From a virus (Duplodnaviria > Caudoviricetes): a stretch of DNA of 61,740 bases. Shown here one piece after another: positions 37,534 through 46,478 of the stretch; position 1 is the first letter of the stretch, and each line of letters begins with the position of its first letter. The notes under the pieces are model-generated. The model saw only the letters and a list, made by a program, of their open reading frames with translations. It had not been told where the DNA came from and did no database searches. Location: positions 1 to 61,740 of IMG/VR virus record IMGVR_UViG_3300029258_001356; one strand, 5' to 3'. Both the position numbers and the translations under genes were made by a program.

Positions 37534-37642
37534 TGTATTGTCCTCCTAGAGGGCTACGCGATACCGGTAAGCCCTTATTATCCCCAGGGGATATATATTG
37601 TTACTGGCAGGATTTAACCCCTGCGTTGTCTCTCTCGTGGTC

Positions 37643-37849
37643 TTAAGGAGCTATTAAAAGATCTTCTCTTAGCCCCATTCCATCGATGTCTGATACTAAC
37701 TCTATAACATCCTCAGGATTTTCAACATTTGTTTTTGTCACATTACATGCACCAGCTGCATTCGTGACAACTATGTGAACATTATATTCTTTGTTTCCGT
37801 TCTTTTCTTTGATATCTGCTGTGTAGTTTGTAAAATCTTGACTTGGCAT
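37643..37849 (-). CDS. Hypothetical small protein
   Basis: GGAGG RBS before MPSQDF. Confidence 0.55.
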   Translation of the reverse strand: MPSQDFTNYTADIKEKNGNKEYNVHIVVTNAAGACNVTKTNVENPEDVIELVSDIDGMGLREDLLIAP

Positions 37850-37912
37850 TTTGTCCTCCAAAAAATTTACAAGGGGAGAACATATGTCTCCCCAAGCAAA
37901 CTATTATGGCAA

Positions 37913-38551
37913 TTATGTGTACGTATAAGTTACACTGTAGATAGGGTCATGTCCTGTTGTACCTGCACTTATATCGTCTGGGAAAAACAATGTGGTTACA
38001 AACCTAAACTGTTTCCCTGCGTCTATTGCACTACCTGCTGTCTGCTTTGAAGTATCTCCCTCAAGCGTATATGTTGCAGTGGCTCCTGTTTGTGAACCCC
38101 ATGCTCCTGGTAGAGTGCCTGCACCTGCTGCTGGAAGAACATTACTTGACGTAATAACTCCTCTTAACATGCAGTATGGGAAGTTTGTTGTTCCAACAAA
38201 TACTTCTTTAGCTACTGATGACCTTGTGTTATCATCCCATGCGGTTAACTCTGGAGCAGTACTTGTAGGATTATCATCGAACTGAACTGCTACAATGTTT
38301 GTATTAACAGCTGATGTTATATCCTGTTCGTAGTTTGTACATTGTACTCCTGATGCATACGCTGCACTTTGAGCTTTCCAAAACTCTTCAGGAAACTTTG
38401 TACCGCTTGTTGGTGCCTGTACCGGGTCAAGACTTGAACCAGTAGTATCAGGACCAGCAAAGTAATATGCGTCTGTTGCCGAGACCTCCGTCCATGTAGG
38501 AGATCCTTCGGTTGCGGTATTTAAGTACCATTTAACAGTTGGTGCTGCCAT
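37913..38551 (-). CDS. Putative virion structural protein
   Basis: Thr/Gly/Ala-rich beta protein ending YTYT; strong RBS. Confidence 0.6.
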   Translation of the reverse strand: MAAPTVKWYLNTATEGSPTWTEVSATDAYYFAGPDTTGSSLDPVQAPTSGTKFPEEFWKAQSAAYASGVQCTNYEQDITSAVNTNIVAVQFDDNPTSTAPELTAWDDNTRSSVAKEVFVGTTNFPYCMLRGVITSSNVLPAAGAGTLPGAWGSQTGATATYTLEGDTSKQTAGSAIDAGKQFRFVTTLFFPDDISAGTTGHDPIYSVTYTYT

Positions 38552-38564
38552 TTTTTTTCTCCTC

Positions 38565-38846
38565 CTAGTTGTATGTTATTGTAACTGATGCGTCTCCAAC
38601 CTTTGTTAATACCAAGCTTGTATCAAACTTAGTAAAGATTGGATATGAGCCTAGAGTTCCAGTGTCTATTATACAGATTGTGTTGGTATCGTCTTTGAGA
38701 GTAACAGTACCTGCTGCTGCCTCACCAACGATAATAAATCCTAAGACACCATTAGAAGCCTTTATGTCTATGTCCGAACCTGCGTCGTCTTTAAAATACG
38801 ACTTAATGGTATACGGAGTAACTTTATCTGCTGAGATTGGTGGCAT
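38565..38846 (-). CDS. Putative small virion protein
   Basis: Beta-rich, in capsid operon. Confidence 0.55.
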   Translation of the reverse strand: MPPISADKVTPYTIKSYFKDDAGSDIDIKASNGVLGFIIVGEAAAGTVTLKDDTNTICIIDTGTLGSYPIFTKFDTSLVLTKVGDASVTITYN

Positions 38847-38848
38847 CT

Positions 38849-39265
38849 TTATTCTTCCTCCTTCTCGTCAGATTCTTCCTCTTCGGGCTCCTCTTCGTCT
38901 TTCTGCTCTTCTTCAGGTTTCTCTTCTTCTTCAAGTTCTTCCTCTACAGGTTCTTCTTCAGAAGATTCAGAGTCTTTTGGCTCTAACTGAGAAACCGCTC
39001 CGTCTGGAACATTCTTTACGAATCTATTTCCACCTTCGTTTACTTCGAGTACACCATCGGGCTTAGCCACAACATGAGCAGATTTCAACTGGAATTCCAG
39101 TTCTCCTTCAGTCACAAGTAGTACACCGTTCCAAAGATATCCTCTTATCGCGATGGACTTTAAGTCTCGTGGTAGAAGTTCTTTTTCTTGTCCGGCTTTT
39201 ATAACGAAGTTAGCATCCTCGTCTTCTAAAAACCTTTTACTGTCTAGTAGTTTTACTTTCGCCAT
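38849..39265 (-). CDS. Hypothetical protein with acidic tail
   Basis: GGAGGT RBS; Glu-rich C-terminus. Confidence 0.6.
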   Translation of the reverse strand: MAKVKLLDSKRFLEDEDANFVIKAGQEKELLPRDLKSIAIRGYLWNGVLLVTEGELEFQLKSAHVVAKPDGVLEVNEGGNRFVKNVPDGAVSQLEPKDSESSEEEPVEEELEEEEKPEEEQKDEEEPEEEESDEKEEE

Positions 39266-39303
39266 TATTCAACCTCCCTGGTTTTATTGGCTACTGGTTC
39301 ACC

Positions 39304-40038
39304 TTATACGGCGAACCAGTCTGCTGAACTTGAGTTTCCTTTTGCAGCATACAGAGCAGGTGCAGCTGTATCAACGTAGATATCTCCAACCTTTCCTGGA
39401 GTTGAACTTGGTGCTCCAGATCCTGCTGAGATGACTGGTAATGCTCCTGTGTCATCTATACCGTGGACTGCTGATGTATCAGCTTCGTGAGTTGCTACTG
39501 CTCCAGCAGGCTCGCATGAGTCTAATCCACCACTGTGGCTTCCTGCCGCACCGTCGTGTGTTGAAACGGCACCTGCAGCTTCACAAGAGTCTAAGCCTCC
39601 GCTATGACTACCTGCTGCTCCATCGTGAGTAGAGACAGCACCAGCTGCTTCGCAAGAATCAAGACCCCCGCTGTGTGAACCGGCTGCTCCATCATGAGTA
39701 CTTACTGCTCCTGCATCTTCACATGAATCCAAGCCACCACTATGTGACCCTGCGGCACCGTCGTGCGTACTAACAGCTCCAGCTGCCTCGCATGAATCTA
39801 GTCCTCCACTATGGGAACCAGCTGCGCCATCGTGCGTTGATACTGCGCCTGATGCTTCACATGAGTCAAGTCCACCGCTGTGAGACCCACTTGCTCCGTC
39901 GTGTGTTGCTATGTCTGCTGCGACTTCTGATTCAGAAGCCATTCCAGATTCAATCTCTTCTTCACTTATAGATTCATCTGGCAATTCTACAGGTCCTCCA
40001 CGAACCCTCAATGATTTTGTATCTGTATCTCGTGGCAT
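39304..40038 (-). CDS. Head fibre/decoration protein with six 23-aa His/Cys repeats
   Basis: THDGAAGSHSGGLDSCEAAGAVS x6; C-terminal GSGAP...GDIYVDT...W capsid-fibre-type motif. Confidence 0.7.
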   Translation of the reverse strand: MPRDTDTKSLRVRGGPVELPDESISEEEIESGMASESEVAADIATHDGASGSHSGGLDSCEASGAVSTHDGAAGSHSGGLDSCEAAGAVSTHDGAAGSHSGGLDSCEDAGAVSTHDGAAGSHSGGLDSCEAAGAVSTHDGAAGSHSGGLDSCEAAGAVSTHDGAAGSHSGGLDSCEPAGAVATHEADTSAVHGIDDTGALPVISAGSGAPSSTPGKVGDIYVDTAAPALYAAKGNSSSADWFAV

Positions 40039-40112
40039 TTTTTTTATCCTCCATAAAAATGATCGTTATGTATTGTGTGTCTTATCAGAAAAAGAAAAGA
40101 AAAGAAATAGCC

Positions 40113-40994
40113 TTAAACGGCTACTCCGCTTATCTTACCAAGACCCTTTGGCCTTCCTACCGCGAATGCGTACCTTATATAGGCAACGATGTCGAGGTTC
40201 TTAGACCTTGCTGACTTCTCCATCTCTGTGGTCAACGGTTCCCTTTCGTAATACTTAACACTTGCTAAGTCTACGTTTACAATAAGTGCATATGTCTGTG
40301 CAGCTTGGCTTGTGACCAAGATATCAACTCCGAACGGAGTAGGATATATGCCCCTTTGTATAAGGCTTGCGTCTCCATAGTTGATGTACTTTAACAGGTT
40401 AGGGTCTACCCTTAAATACTTAAATGTATTTGGGTGAAGTATCAAGTACTTCTTACCGTCGCCTGCGTCGTCAGCTTCCAAGGCTCCTAGCCCAAGAGAT
40501 ATGTCCAACAGAACGTCTGCTGATGCGTTATCCCATGTTGCTGAGGCAGCTACAACGTGATCTGACAAAGCCGGGATGGTTTGTCCGTTGTATGTCCCGC
40601 CGTCAAGGTATATGTTCAAAGCTTCTAACAAGTCTGCGTTAAGGAATCTTGCGATACCGAAACCGATTGCTTCGACATGGTCGTTGACTAAGTCCCATCT
40701 GGAATCTTTTATCCAGTTAATTGGAAGCCTTGGTGCAATACCCAAGTCCTTGATGGTTGCGAACTTTCTTTCGAAATCCATAACCTTGCTTGGATATTCT
40801 CCACTCTCTCCCTGCTCTTCTGGGTTTAGCCAAGAGTCTGTAACATTATACTCAACTACAGGTCCTTGTGCTGGGTACGTCTTTGCTATTAGCGGATATA
40901 TAATCTTTGGCTGAAGAGCTTTTATGATAGTATCGTCTACCTGCTCTTTAAACAATGCCCAAGATTGCGCTGATGATGCCGGAACTAATGCCAT
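40113..40994 (-). CDS. Major capsid protein (HK97 fold)
   Basis: GESGEYP E-loop, LILHP, FGVDILVT, IRYAFAV.RP; follows protease and cement genes. Confidence 0.85.
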   Translation of the reverse strand: MALVPASSAQSWALFKEQVDDTIIKALQPKIIYPLIAKTYPAQGPVVEYNVTDSWLNPEEQGESGEYPSKVMDFERKFATIKDLGIAPRLPINWIKDSRWDLVNDHVEAIGFGIARFLNADLLEALNIYLDGGTYNGQTIPALSDHVVAASATWDNASADVLLDISLGLGALEADDAGDGKKYLILHPNTFKYLRVDPNLLKYINYGDASLIQRGIYPTPFGVDILVTSQAAQTYALIVNVDLASVKYYEREPLTTEMEKSARSKNLDIVAYIRYAFAVGRPKGLGKISGVAV

Positions 40995-41010
40995 TTTTCA
41001 TGTACCTCCA

Positions 41011-41445
41011 TTAACCCCTAAACAGCTTTATCTGGACAACTCCGCCTGATGCTCCAACGCTTGAAAGCGCTATACCGAGTACATCTGCATAGTTACCTGC
41101 TGCTGGTGTGTGTGCGACTACTTTCCCGTCATCAGCTCCTTCAACAAGGTCTCCCTCATCTATTGCTGCTGCAGTACTTTCGACGTTTACTACGCCTCTA
41201 GTACAGACGGTTATTTTACGTCCGACAGCTACGTTGCCGTCGTCCGAGGTCCTTGAGAATCTTTCACCGGCACATGCCACGCCAATTGCTTTCGCCTTAA
41301 GTGCTGCTGTCCCAGTTACAACTGAGTTAGCGGCAGCGTCGTCGATTGCAACGACTTCTCCTAAGCCGATGGCTGCTGTGCTGACAGTGAAGGATAAGTA
41401 TTGACCATCCTTCTCAAAGACATTGGTTGGTGCTGTTCCTGCCAT
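41011..41445 (-). CDS. Capsid cement/decoration protein
   Basis: AIGxGEVV...AIGVA...RGVV...AIDEGDLV...GIAL pattern. Confidence 0.7.
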   Translation of the reverse strand: MAGTAPTNVFEKDGQYLSFTVSTAAIGLGEVVAIDDAAANSVVTGTAALKAKAIGVACAGERFSRTSDDGNVAVGRKITVCTRGVVNVESTAAAIDEGDLVEGADDGKVVAHTPAAGNYADVLGIALSSVGASGGVVQIKLFRG

Positions 41446-41458
41446 TTTTTAGCCTCCT

Positions 41459-42943
41459 TTATTCCTTGACGAACCTAGACGCCTTACTTGGATTGAAGCA
41501 AGCTTCATACTTTCCAAATTCACCGAATTTCTCGGCTCTCTGAGAAGCATTCATGTCTGCTACTTCGAGCGTCTCTTCTTTGGCGTTAGGTGCTCCGAAC
41601 TCTGGTACGTTTGAAGCAAACTGTGCCTTTTGATGCGTCTGTGGCTTGATGTCTTCCATGACATCTTTCATTGTCTGCAGCTGTTCGAATGACCTGTCCG
41701 CAAGTTCCACAAATGCTTTCTTGTGCTCACCATTGTACTTACCAAGCTTAACAGACATGTCAGCAACCTCAGCTAATAGCTCGGTCTTTTCTTTGCTGTT
41801 GTCTGCATACTCGGAAGGTTTCTTCATAGCTGCCTCGTTTACCCTGTTTCCCTCGTTCTGCTCTGCACCCTCAGATACTTTCGGAGCTGAATTCTCGCCT
41901 GCAGATTGCTCTGCTGACTTATCCTTCGGCTCTGGTGCATCTTCGGCTGTTTCGCTACTTGGGACAGGTACTTCTTTCCCACATGCTGGACATTTGACCA
42001 TTCCGGCTTGAGCAGTCTCTTCCTTCTTCTTTTCCATTTCTTCTTCTGCGGAAGCAGTCTCCTCTTTCTTCTCTGCCGGCTTCTCAGCCTTTTTGTCCAA
42101 TGCTGGGGGAACTGGTTTCTTTTCCTCTTCAGGCATTTTTATCTGTCCTCCAGGTTTGTTTTGTATCTGATCGACCTTCTGGTCTATCTCCTTGACTTTT
42201 TCTGCCAAGGCTTTTACGACTTCACTTTGATCCCCAGGCTGAGCAACAGGTTCTTGCTCCTGTGCTTGTTCAGGTGCCTTCTCTTGCTGCTCAGGTTGCT
42301 GTTGTTTTGGTTGCTCTTCCTCCATTAACTGTGCCTCCTGAAACAGAACATCCCTGATATCTGCTTCTGTGTCTGCCGGATCATTCGTTAGTGCAACATG
42401 AAGTGCCTTCTCAACTTCGTCTGGAACAAATTGGCATATCTGTCCGCCATATGATTGTCCCCTAACGTGTTGACAAGTTCCGAATGGCCTCGCCCCACAG
42501 ATAGAACAGTGAGCATTCTTAGGGTCTACGTATACTCCCATAGAACCAAAGTTTATCTCTCTCTTTCCATCTGATGTCTTCCTGCGAAGCTTTTCTAATA
42601 CCTCGGGGTGTGTCACCTCTCCTTCTACCCACAAGGTCTTTCCATCAAAATAAGCCCCCTTCTCATTATCATACGTCCATCCTACATCGTAGAACGGTGA
42701 AGATAATTTCTTGGGGACATGTGAACTACCCTCTTTCCCCTGCAAGTCATATTTGAATGTAACGCCCCGAAACATAGGTGCCGTCTTCTGTAGAACATGA
42801 GGTTCCCACTTAAGATTCTTCTTATTTGCACCTACGTGCATAAGTGGAAGTCTTATCAATGCTCTAGTTGGCTGACCCTCTTCTGCCAGTTCGACAATTT
42901 GAAGAGTGTCAGAGAATGATTCAATATATTCGCGATTTGCCAT
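41459..42943 (-). CDS. Prohead protease-scaffold fusion
   Basis: FGSMG, CSICG...CQHVRGQSY, ALTNDPAD; charged scaffold-like C-terminal half. Confidence 0.75.
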   Translation of the reverse strand: MANREYIESFSDTLQIVELAEEGQPTRALIRLPLMHVGANKKNLKWEPHVLQKTAPMFRGVTFKYDLQGKEGSSHVPKKLSSPFYDVGWTYDNEKGAYFDGKTLWVEGEVTHPEVLEKLRRKTSDGKREINFGSMGVYVDPKNAHCSICGARPFGTCQHVRGQSYGGQICQFVPDEVEKALHVALTNDPADTEADIRDVLFQEAQLMEEEQPKQQQPEQQEKAPEQAQEQEPVAQPGDQSEVVKALAEKVKEIDQKVDQIQNKPGGQIKMPEEEKKPVPPALDKKAEKPAEKKEETASAEEEMEKKKEETAQAGMVKCPACGKEVPVPSSETAEDAPEPKDKSAEQSAGENSAPKVSEGAEQNEGNRVNEAAMKKPSEYADNSKEKTELLAEVADMSVKLGKYNGEHKKAFVELADRSFEQLQTMKDVMEDIKPQTHQKAQFASNVPEFGAPNAKEETLEVADMNASQRAEKFGEFGKYEACFNPSKASRFVKE

Positions 42944-42968
42944 GGTATAATATTTAGAGGCCTAATCT

Positions 42969-42982
42969 CCTTTAAAAAGGTT
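42969..42982 (-). promoter_or_regulatory. Putative late TATA promoter with short or absent leader
   Basis: AACCTTTTTAAAG about 26 nt upstream of the protease ATG; no RBS. Confidence 0.45.
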
Positions 42983-43000
42983 GCTAGAGCATTGACGTGC

Positions 43001-43225
43001 CTAATCAACGGCAAGCTTATAGAATATCTTGTTCGAAACCTTACGAGAAAGCAGGTTATTTACGCGTTTCAGCAATTGTCCTATCTCCTTGTTACTCTTG
43101 AATTCTTTCGATTGCTTTGGATACTGACATAGAAGGACTAAATGTATCTCACGACTGGTGAGCCATTTATCGATGTTTTTGGTTAGTATCTTCGTGAGAA
43201 GATCTACCTTCTCGAAATTATGCAT
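43001..43225 (-). CDS. Small winged-helix-like protein
   Basis: WLTSREI...SNKEIGQLL...IFYKL. Confidence 0.45.
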   Translation of the reverse strand: MHNFEKVDLLTKILTKNIDKWLTSREIHLVLLCQYPKQSKEFKSNKEIGQLLKRVNNLLSRKVSNKIFYKLAVD

Positions 43226-44209
43226 TTATCTGAGACCTCTCCTTTTTGCTTCGTAAAATGTAATCGGAACTAATCTACATCTGCAGTTGATATGTGCCGG
43301 TGGCTTTGCTACTGTAATCGTTCGGTTTTTATATGACGATGAGAAGTTCTTACCAATCTCCCTGGTCTGACCATCGAATGGTTCATTGTTAACCTTAGCC
43401 CCTTTCTTGTCATGACCTCCACAGAATGGACAAGTCCTTTCATCGTGTGCTGCAATCCATTCATGTCCCCATACCACACCTGATGCTTCATGTCTTTTAT
43501 ACTCTGCTTCGTTATATGATTCAACTACTAGAGTCCTAGTCATTGATTCAGCAACCTTATCCATTCTCTGATACCTTACCTTTGTCTCTTTCTTCTTTCC
43601 AGGCTTATAGTTCTGGAACAGATTCTTTATTCTTGGTATGGCATCTCTTGGGGACTTTCCTGTTCTTATAACATCTGTGAGAATCTTTTGAGCTTCTGAT
43701 TTGATGTCCTCCCCTAGGGTTTTGAACATAGAAGTAGCAATAAATTTCTGCTTCTCCAGCATATCCTTATCCCTTGGCAAGAATACATCTGATAATTTCT
43801 TCTTGTGTATCTTGTCCTTATCAAACCATTTAAACCCACCCTTATCTAGTTTAACATAATCTTTCTTAAGACCCTGAGAAACAACCTTACCCATTCCCTC
43901 TGGAGTCGATACCTTCTCTTGTTTCTTAACAGCATCTAATACTCCTCTCCTTGCTCCAACTTCAATAGCAGCACCTAGTGTCTTTTCTATCTTTGGCTTT
44001 GTCACTGTTATGGAATCATCAATGATAGAAACTAAATGGTCAACTTCTCCTGGAGACAAGTCTGCGAACTCAGGATGTTTCTTTAACTTCTCGAGTATAT
44101 CTTTTTCGAGTTGTAGAATTAATCTTCTAATCTTTCTTGCAGTTATATCCGACAATTTCCTCATCGGATGAACTCTTCTAACCGGAGCCTTCTTTGCCAT
44201 AACGCTCAC
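43226..44209 (-). CDS. MuF/SPP1 gp7-like minor head protein
   Basis: RTLVVESYN, EWIAAHDERTCPFC, PPAHINCRC. Confidence 0.85.
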   Translation of the reverse strand: MSVMAKKAPVRRVHPMRKLSDITARKIRRLILQLEKDILEKLKKHPEFADLSPGEVDHLVSIIDDSITVTKPKIEKTLGAAIEVGARRGVLDAVKKQEKVSTPEGMGKVVSQGLKKDYVKLDKGGFKWFDKDKIHKKKLSDVFLPRDKDMLEKQKFIATSMFKTLGEDIKSEAQKILTDVIRTGKSPRDAIPRIKNLFQNYKPGKKKETKVRYQRMDKVAESMTRTLVVESYNEAEYKRHEASGVVWGHEWIAAHDERTCPFCGGHDKKGAKVNNEPFDGQTREIGKNFSSSYKNRTITVAKPPAHINCRCRLVPITFYEAKRRGLR

Positions 44210-44457
44210 CTTCCCATAATCTTCTTAAATCTATATGCACCATGGACTTTCCTTCCTACAGCTTGAGCAAGTTCCATATTGTTCATCTCTTTGCCAAGCT
44301 TCATTACATCTTCTTTCTTCTTGAACCCTTGAATCTCTTTCCCTCTTGTGCTTAAAGTCCTTTCAACTATTGAACTATTCTTCCGTATAATCTCATCGTC
44401 CTGACTAAACTGAAGAGCTTCGCCAAATGACTTCTTACCAAGAGTATCTCGGTTCAT
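44206..44457 (-). CDS. Hypothetical protein
   Basis: Overlap-coupled in head operon. Confidence 0.55.
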   Translation of the reverse strand: MNRDTLGKKSFGEALQFSQDDEIIRKNSSIVERTLSTRGKEIQGFKKKEDVMKLGKEMNNMELAQAVGRKVHGAYRFKKIMGR

Positions 44458-44615
44458 TTCTTTTCAAGACTCTTCTTTGATGAACTAGCTTGTTCTAGCT
44501 TGCCAAACTCTTTAGGCTTAGCAGCCATCTTTGTCGGTCCACCTAATACCAACTTCTTTGGCATCTGGTTAAGTAATTGTGGGTCTTTTACAAATATCTT
44601 CTTTTCGTCTTTCAT
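44454..44615 (-). CDS. Hypothetical 53-aa protein (not in ORF track)
   Basis: ATGA coupling at both ends; MKDEKKIFVKDPQLLNQMPKKLVLGG... Confidence 0.6.
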   Translation of the reverse strand: MKDEKKIFVKDPQLLNQMPKKLVLGGPTKMAAKPKEFGKLEQASSSKKSLEKK

Positions 44616-45658
44616 TGTTCATCCTCCTCTTTCTCTTTAAATTCATTCTTTATTGCCTTTATGTGTTTCTTTGCTTCTTCGTAATCTCCTTTGATCATTG
44701 AAATATTTAACTTTCTTCCTATATCTTGAATTGAATTTACTACTGGTTGCTTTTCCCACTGAGATAACATCTTGTCCATCTTGCCTTTGTTATGCTCACG
44801 TGCGTATTGAATGCTATCTTCTGGATGGACTCCTGTCTCAGGAAAATACTTTCTTTTCTCTTCCATTTCTTTGAAGTGTTTTTCTATTCTTCTTATCTTC
44901 TCAGATATATAGTCAAAGTGAATTCTATTATCTGGCTTTGTTAATTCTCTGAATATATCTCCAGTTCCTTCAAGAATATATCTGTAGCTGTTACCTTTAG
45001 ACCATCCGCTATGAATAACTTTCTCTTGGTTATTATCTTGAAAAGAAAAGGCATCATCTTCTTTCTTTTCTGATTTCTTCTTACCTTCAAATTCTTTCTT
45101 CAATACTTCTTTAACTGACTCTCCCTTTCTTATAGGAATACGTCTTCCTCTAACCGTTATCCATCTAACATCTTCTTTTGTATCATCAGCAAACTCTCCA
45201 TAGAAACCAAAGACTCCTTCTCCTCCCTCTGCGGTCTCGCCGACAATTGCAGATCCTCCGGTTACATGTTCCACATGCAGAGTATCTTGTTTAAAGTCTG
45301 CAAGTGGCCTAACCTTCTCAAATGATACTGAGTCTTCTAACGGCTTTATTGAATTTATATATTCTTTCTGTTCTTCATTAGGAAAGAACTCTACTAATAA
45401 CTCTCTATGGAGATACTTCTCCTTAAATGATATGAGGGCTTTTGGATATTCTGTTCCGCCGGTCTCCCTCTTATACTCTTTATAGATTTGAGCATCTGTG
45501 CGTACGCACTCGAACGTCTCATTCTCTATTGAAAAAGATAGATACACTCTATCACTGAGAAAGGCATAAGCTAAAACATAGTTGCCTTTGTTTGCCATGG
45601 ATATAAAATCCCTGAATCTAATGTTTTTGTTTATTCTCATTATTCTACCTCTATCCAT
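44612..45658 (-). CDS. Putative internal head protein
   Basis: ETAE and EFAD sites followed by RWITVRGRRIPI motif. Confidence 0.55.
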   Translation of the reverse strand: MDRGRIMRINKNIRFRDFISMANKGNYVLAYAFLSDRVYLSFSIENETFECVRTDAQIYKEYKRETGGTEYPKALISFKEKYLHRELLVEFFPNEEQKEYINSIKPLEDSVSFEKVRPLADFKQDTLHVEHVTGGSAIVGETAEGGEGVFGFYGEFADDTKEDVRWITVRGRRIPIRKGESVKEVLKKEFEGKKKSEKKEDDAFSFQDNNQEKVIHSGWSKGNSYRYILEGTGDIFRELTKPDNRIHFDYISEKIRRIEKHFKEMEEKRKYFPETGVHPEDSIQYAREHNKGKMDKMLSQWEKQPVVNSIQDIGRKLNISMIKGDYEEAKKHIKAIKNEFKEKEEDEQ

Positions 45659-45803
45659 CCATCTCCTGTATCCACAAATTCTTTCTCGTTTCTATTACTG
45701 TTAATCCAATATTCTACTATTGCGGAGTATGAGTCAAAGTACAAAATATTATGTGCCTGATAGTTCTCAAGACCCATAATTGTTTCCAAATGTTCTTCGA
45801 ATG

Positions 45804-46052
45804 TTACCATTTTTTAGCCCTCACTGATTGTACAATAGTTGTCTTATCTTCATAAACTTCTTCGTCTACTGTGCCCATATTTAATACTAAATATCTTTTA
45901 CAATAACAAGTGCAATCAGTTGTGTTTCCAATTTGATTCCAATATTCTAAAGTCATGATAGCTACAGTCTCACTTTTCTTTACGACATCTCTAATATAAG
46001 CAATACATTTTGCTTGATTGATTGTTGCATTTTCTACATCAATTATTTTCAT
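45804..46052 (-). CDS. Hypothetical protein
   Basis: ATGA coupling (MKIIDVEN...). Confidence 0.5.
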   Translation of the reverse strand: MKIIDVENATINQAKCIAYIRDVVKKSETVAIMTLEYWNQIGNTTDCTCYCKRYLVLNMGTVDEEVYEDKTTIVQSVRAKKW

Positions 46053-46477
46053 TGCACCCACCCGTTTATCCAAGCTTCTATTTCAGCTTGCTCTGTTTGA
46101 TTCCAATTCTTACAAAGTATTTTAAGTTTAATATTTGTTCCACTACCCGTCAACGGCATTACATTTAAAAATTTGACACTACCCGGAACTCCACTACTTA
46201 AATGTATGCAACGTATTTTGCTTGAATCACATAACGGACAAGGGTGTCCCCACGTGCTACCACCGTCGCTTGAAAATAAAAGTTCAACTTCACATTGGTC
46301 TACACTTGTACTGCCACCAAATTCTTCTATGCACCAAGTTTCTCCGTCTGGTATAGTGAAAATTTTTTCACCTGTTCCAGGTTCTAATGGTGTCCCTGAA
46401 GCAACATCTAGTGTGTCTGCTTCGTAATACCTATCTAAAGTTTGTTTATATGTTGTTGATGCATCTGCCTTAACCAT
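46049..46477 (-). CDS. Putative virion beta-sandwich protein (paralogue set)
   Basis: FTIPDGETWCIEEF motif; GAGGAG RBS before MVKAD. Confidence 0.55.
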   Translation of the reverse strand: MVKADASTTYKQTLDRYYEADTLDVASGTPLEPGTGEKIFTIPDGETWCIEEFGGSTSVDQCEVELLFSSDGGSTWGHPCPLCDSSKIRCIHLSSGVPGSVKFLNVMPLTGSGTNIKLKILCKNWNQTEQAEIEAWINGWVQ

Positions 46478-46478
46478 T

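Noticed and set aside
39490-39910. CRISPR-like array
   Set aside because: The periodicity is an in-frame 69-nt protein repeat with synonymous variation; there are no identical DNA repeats with unique spacers
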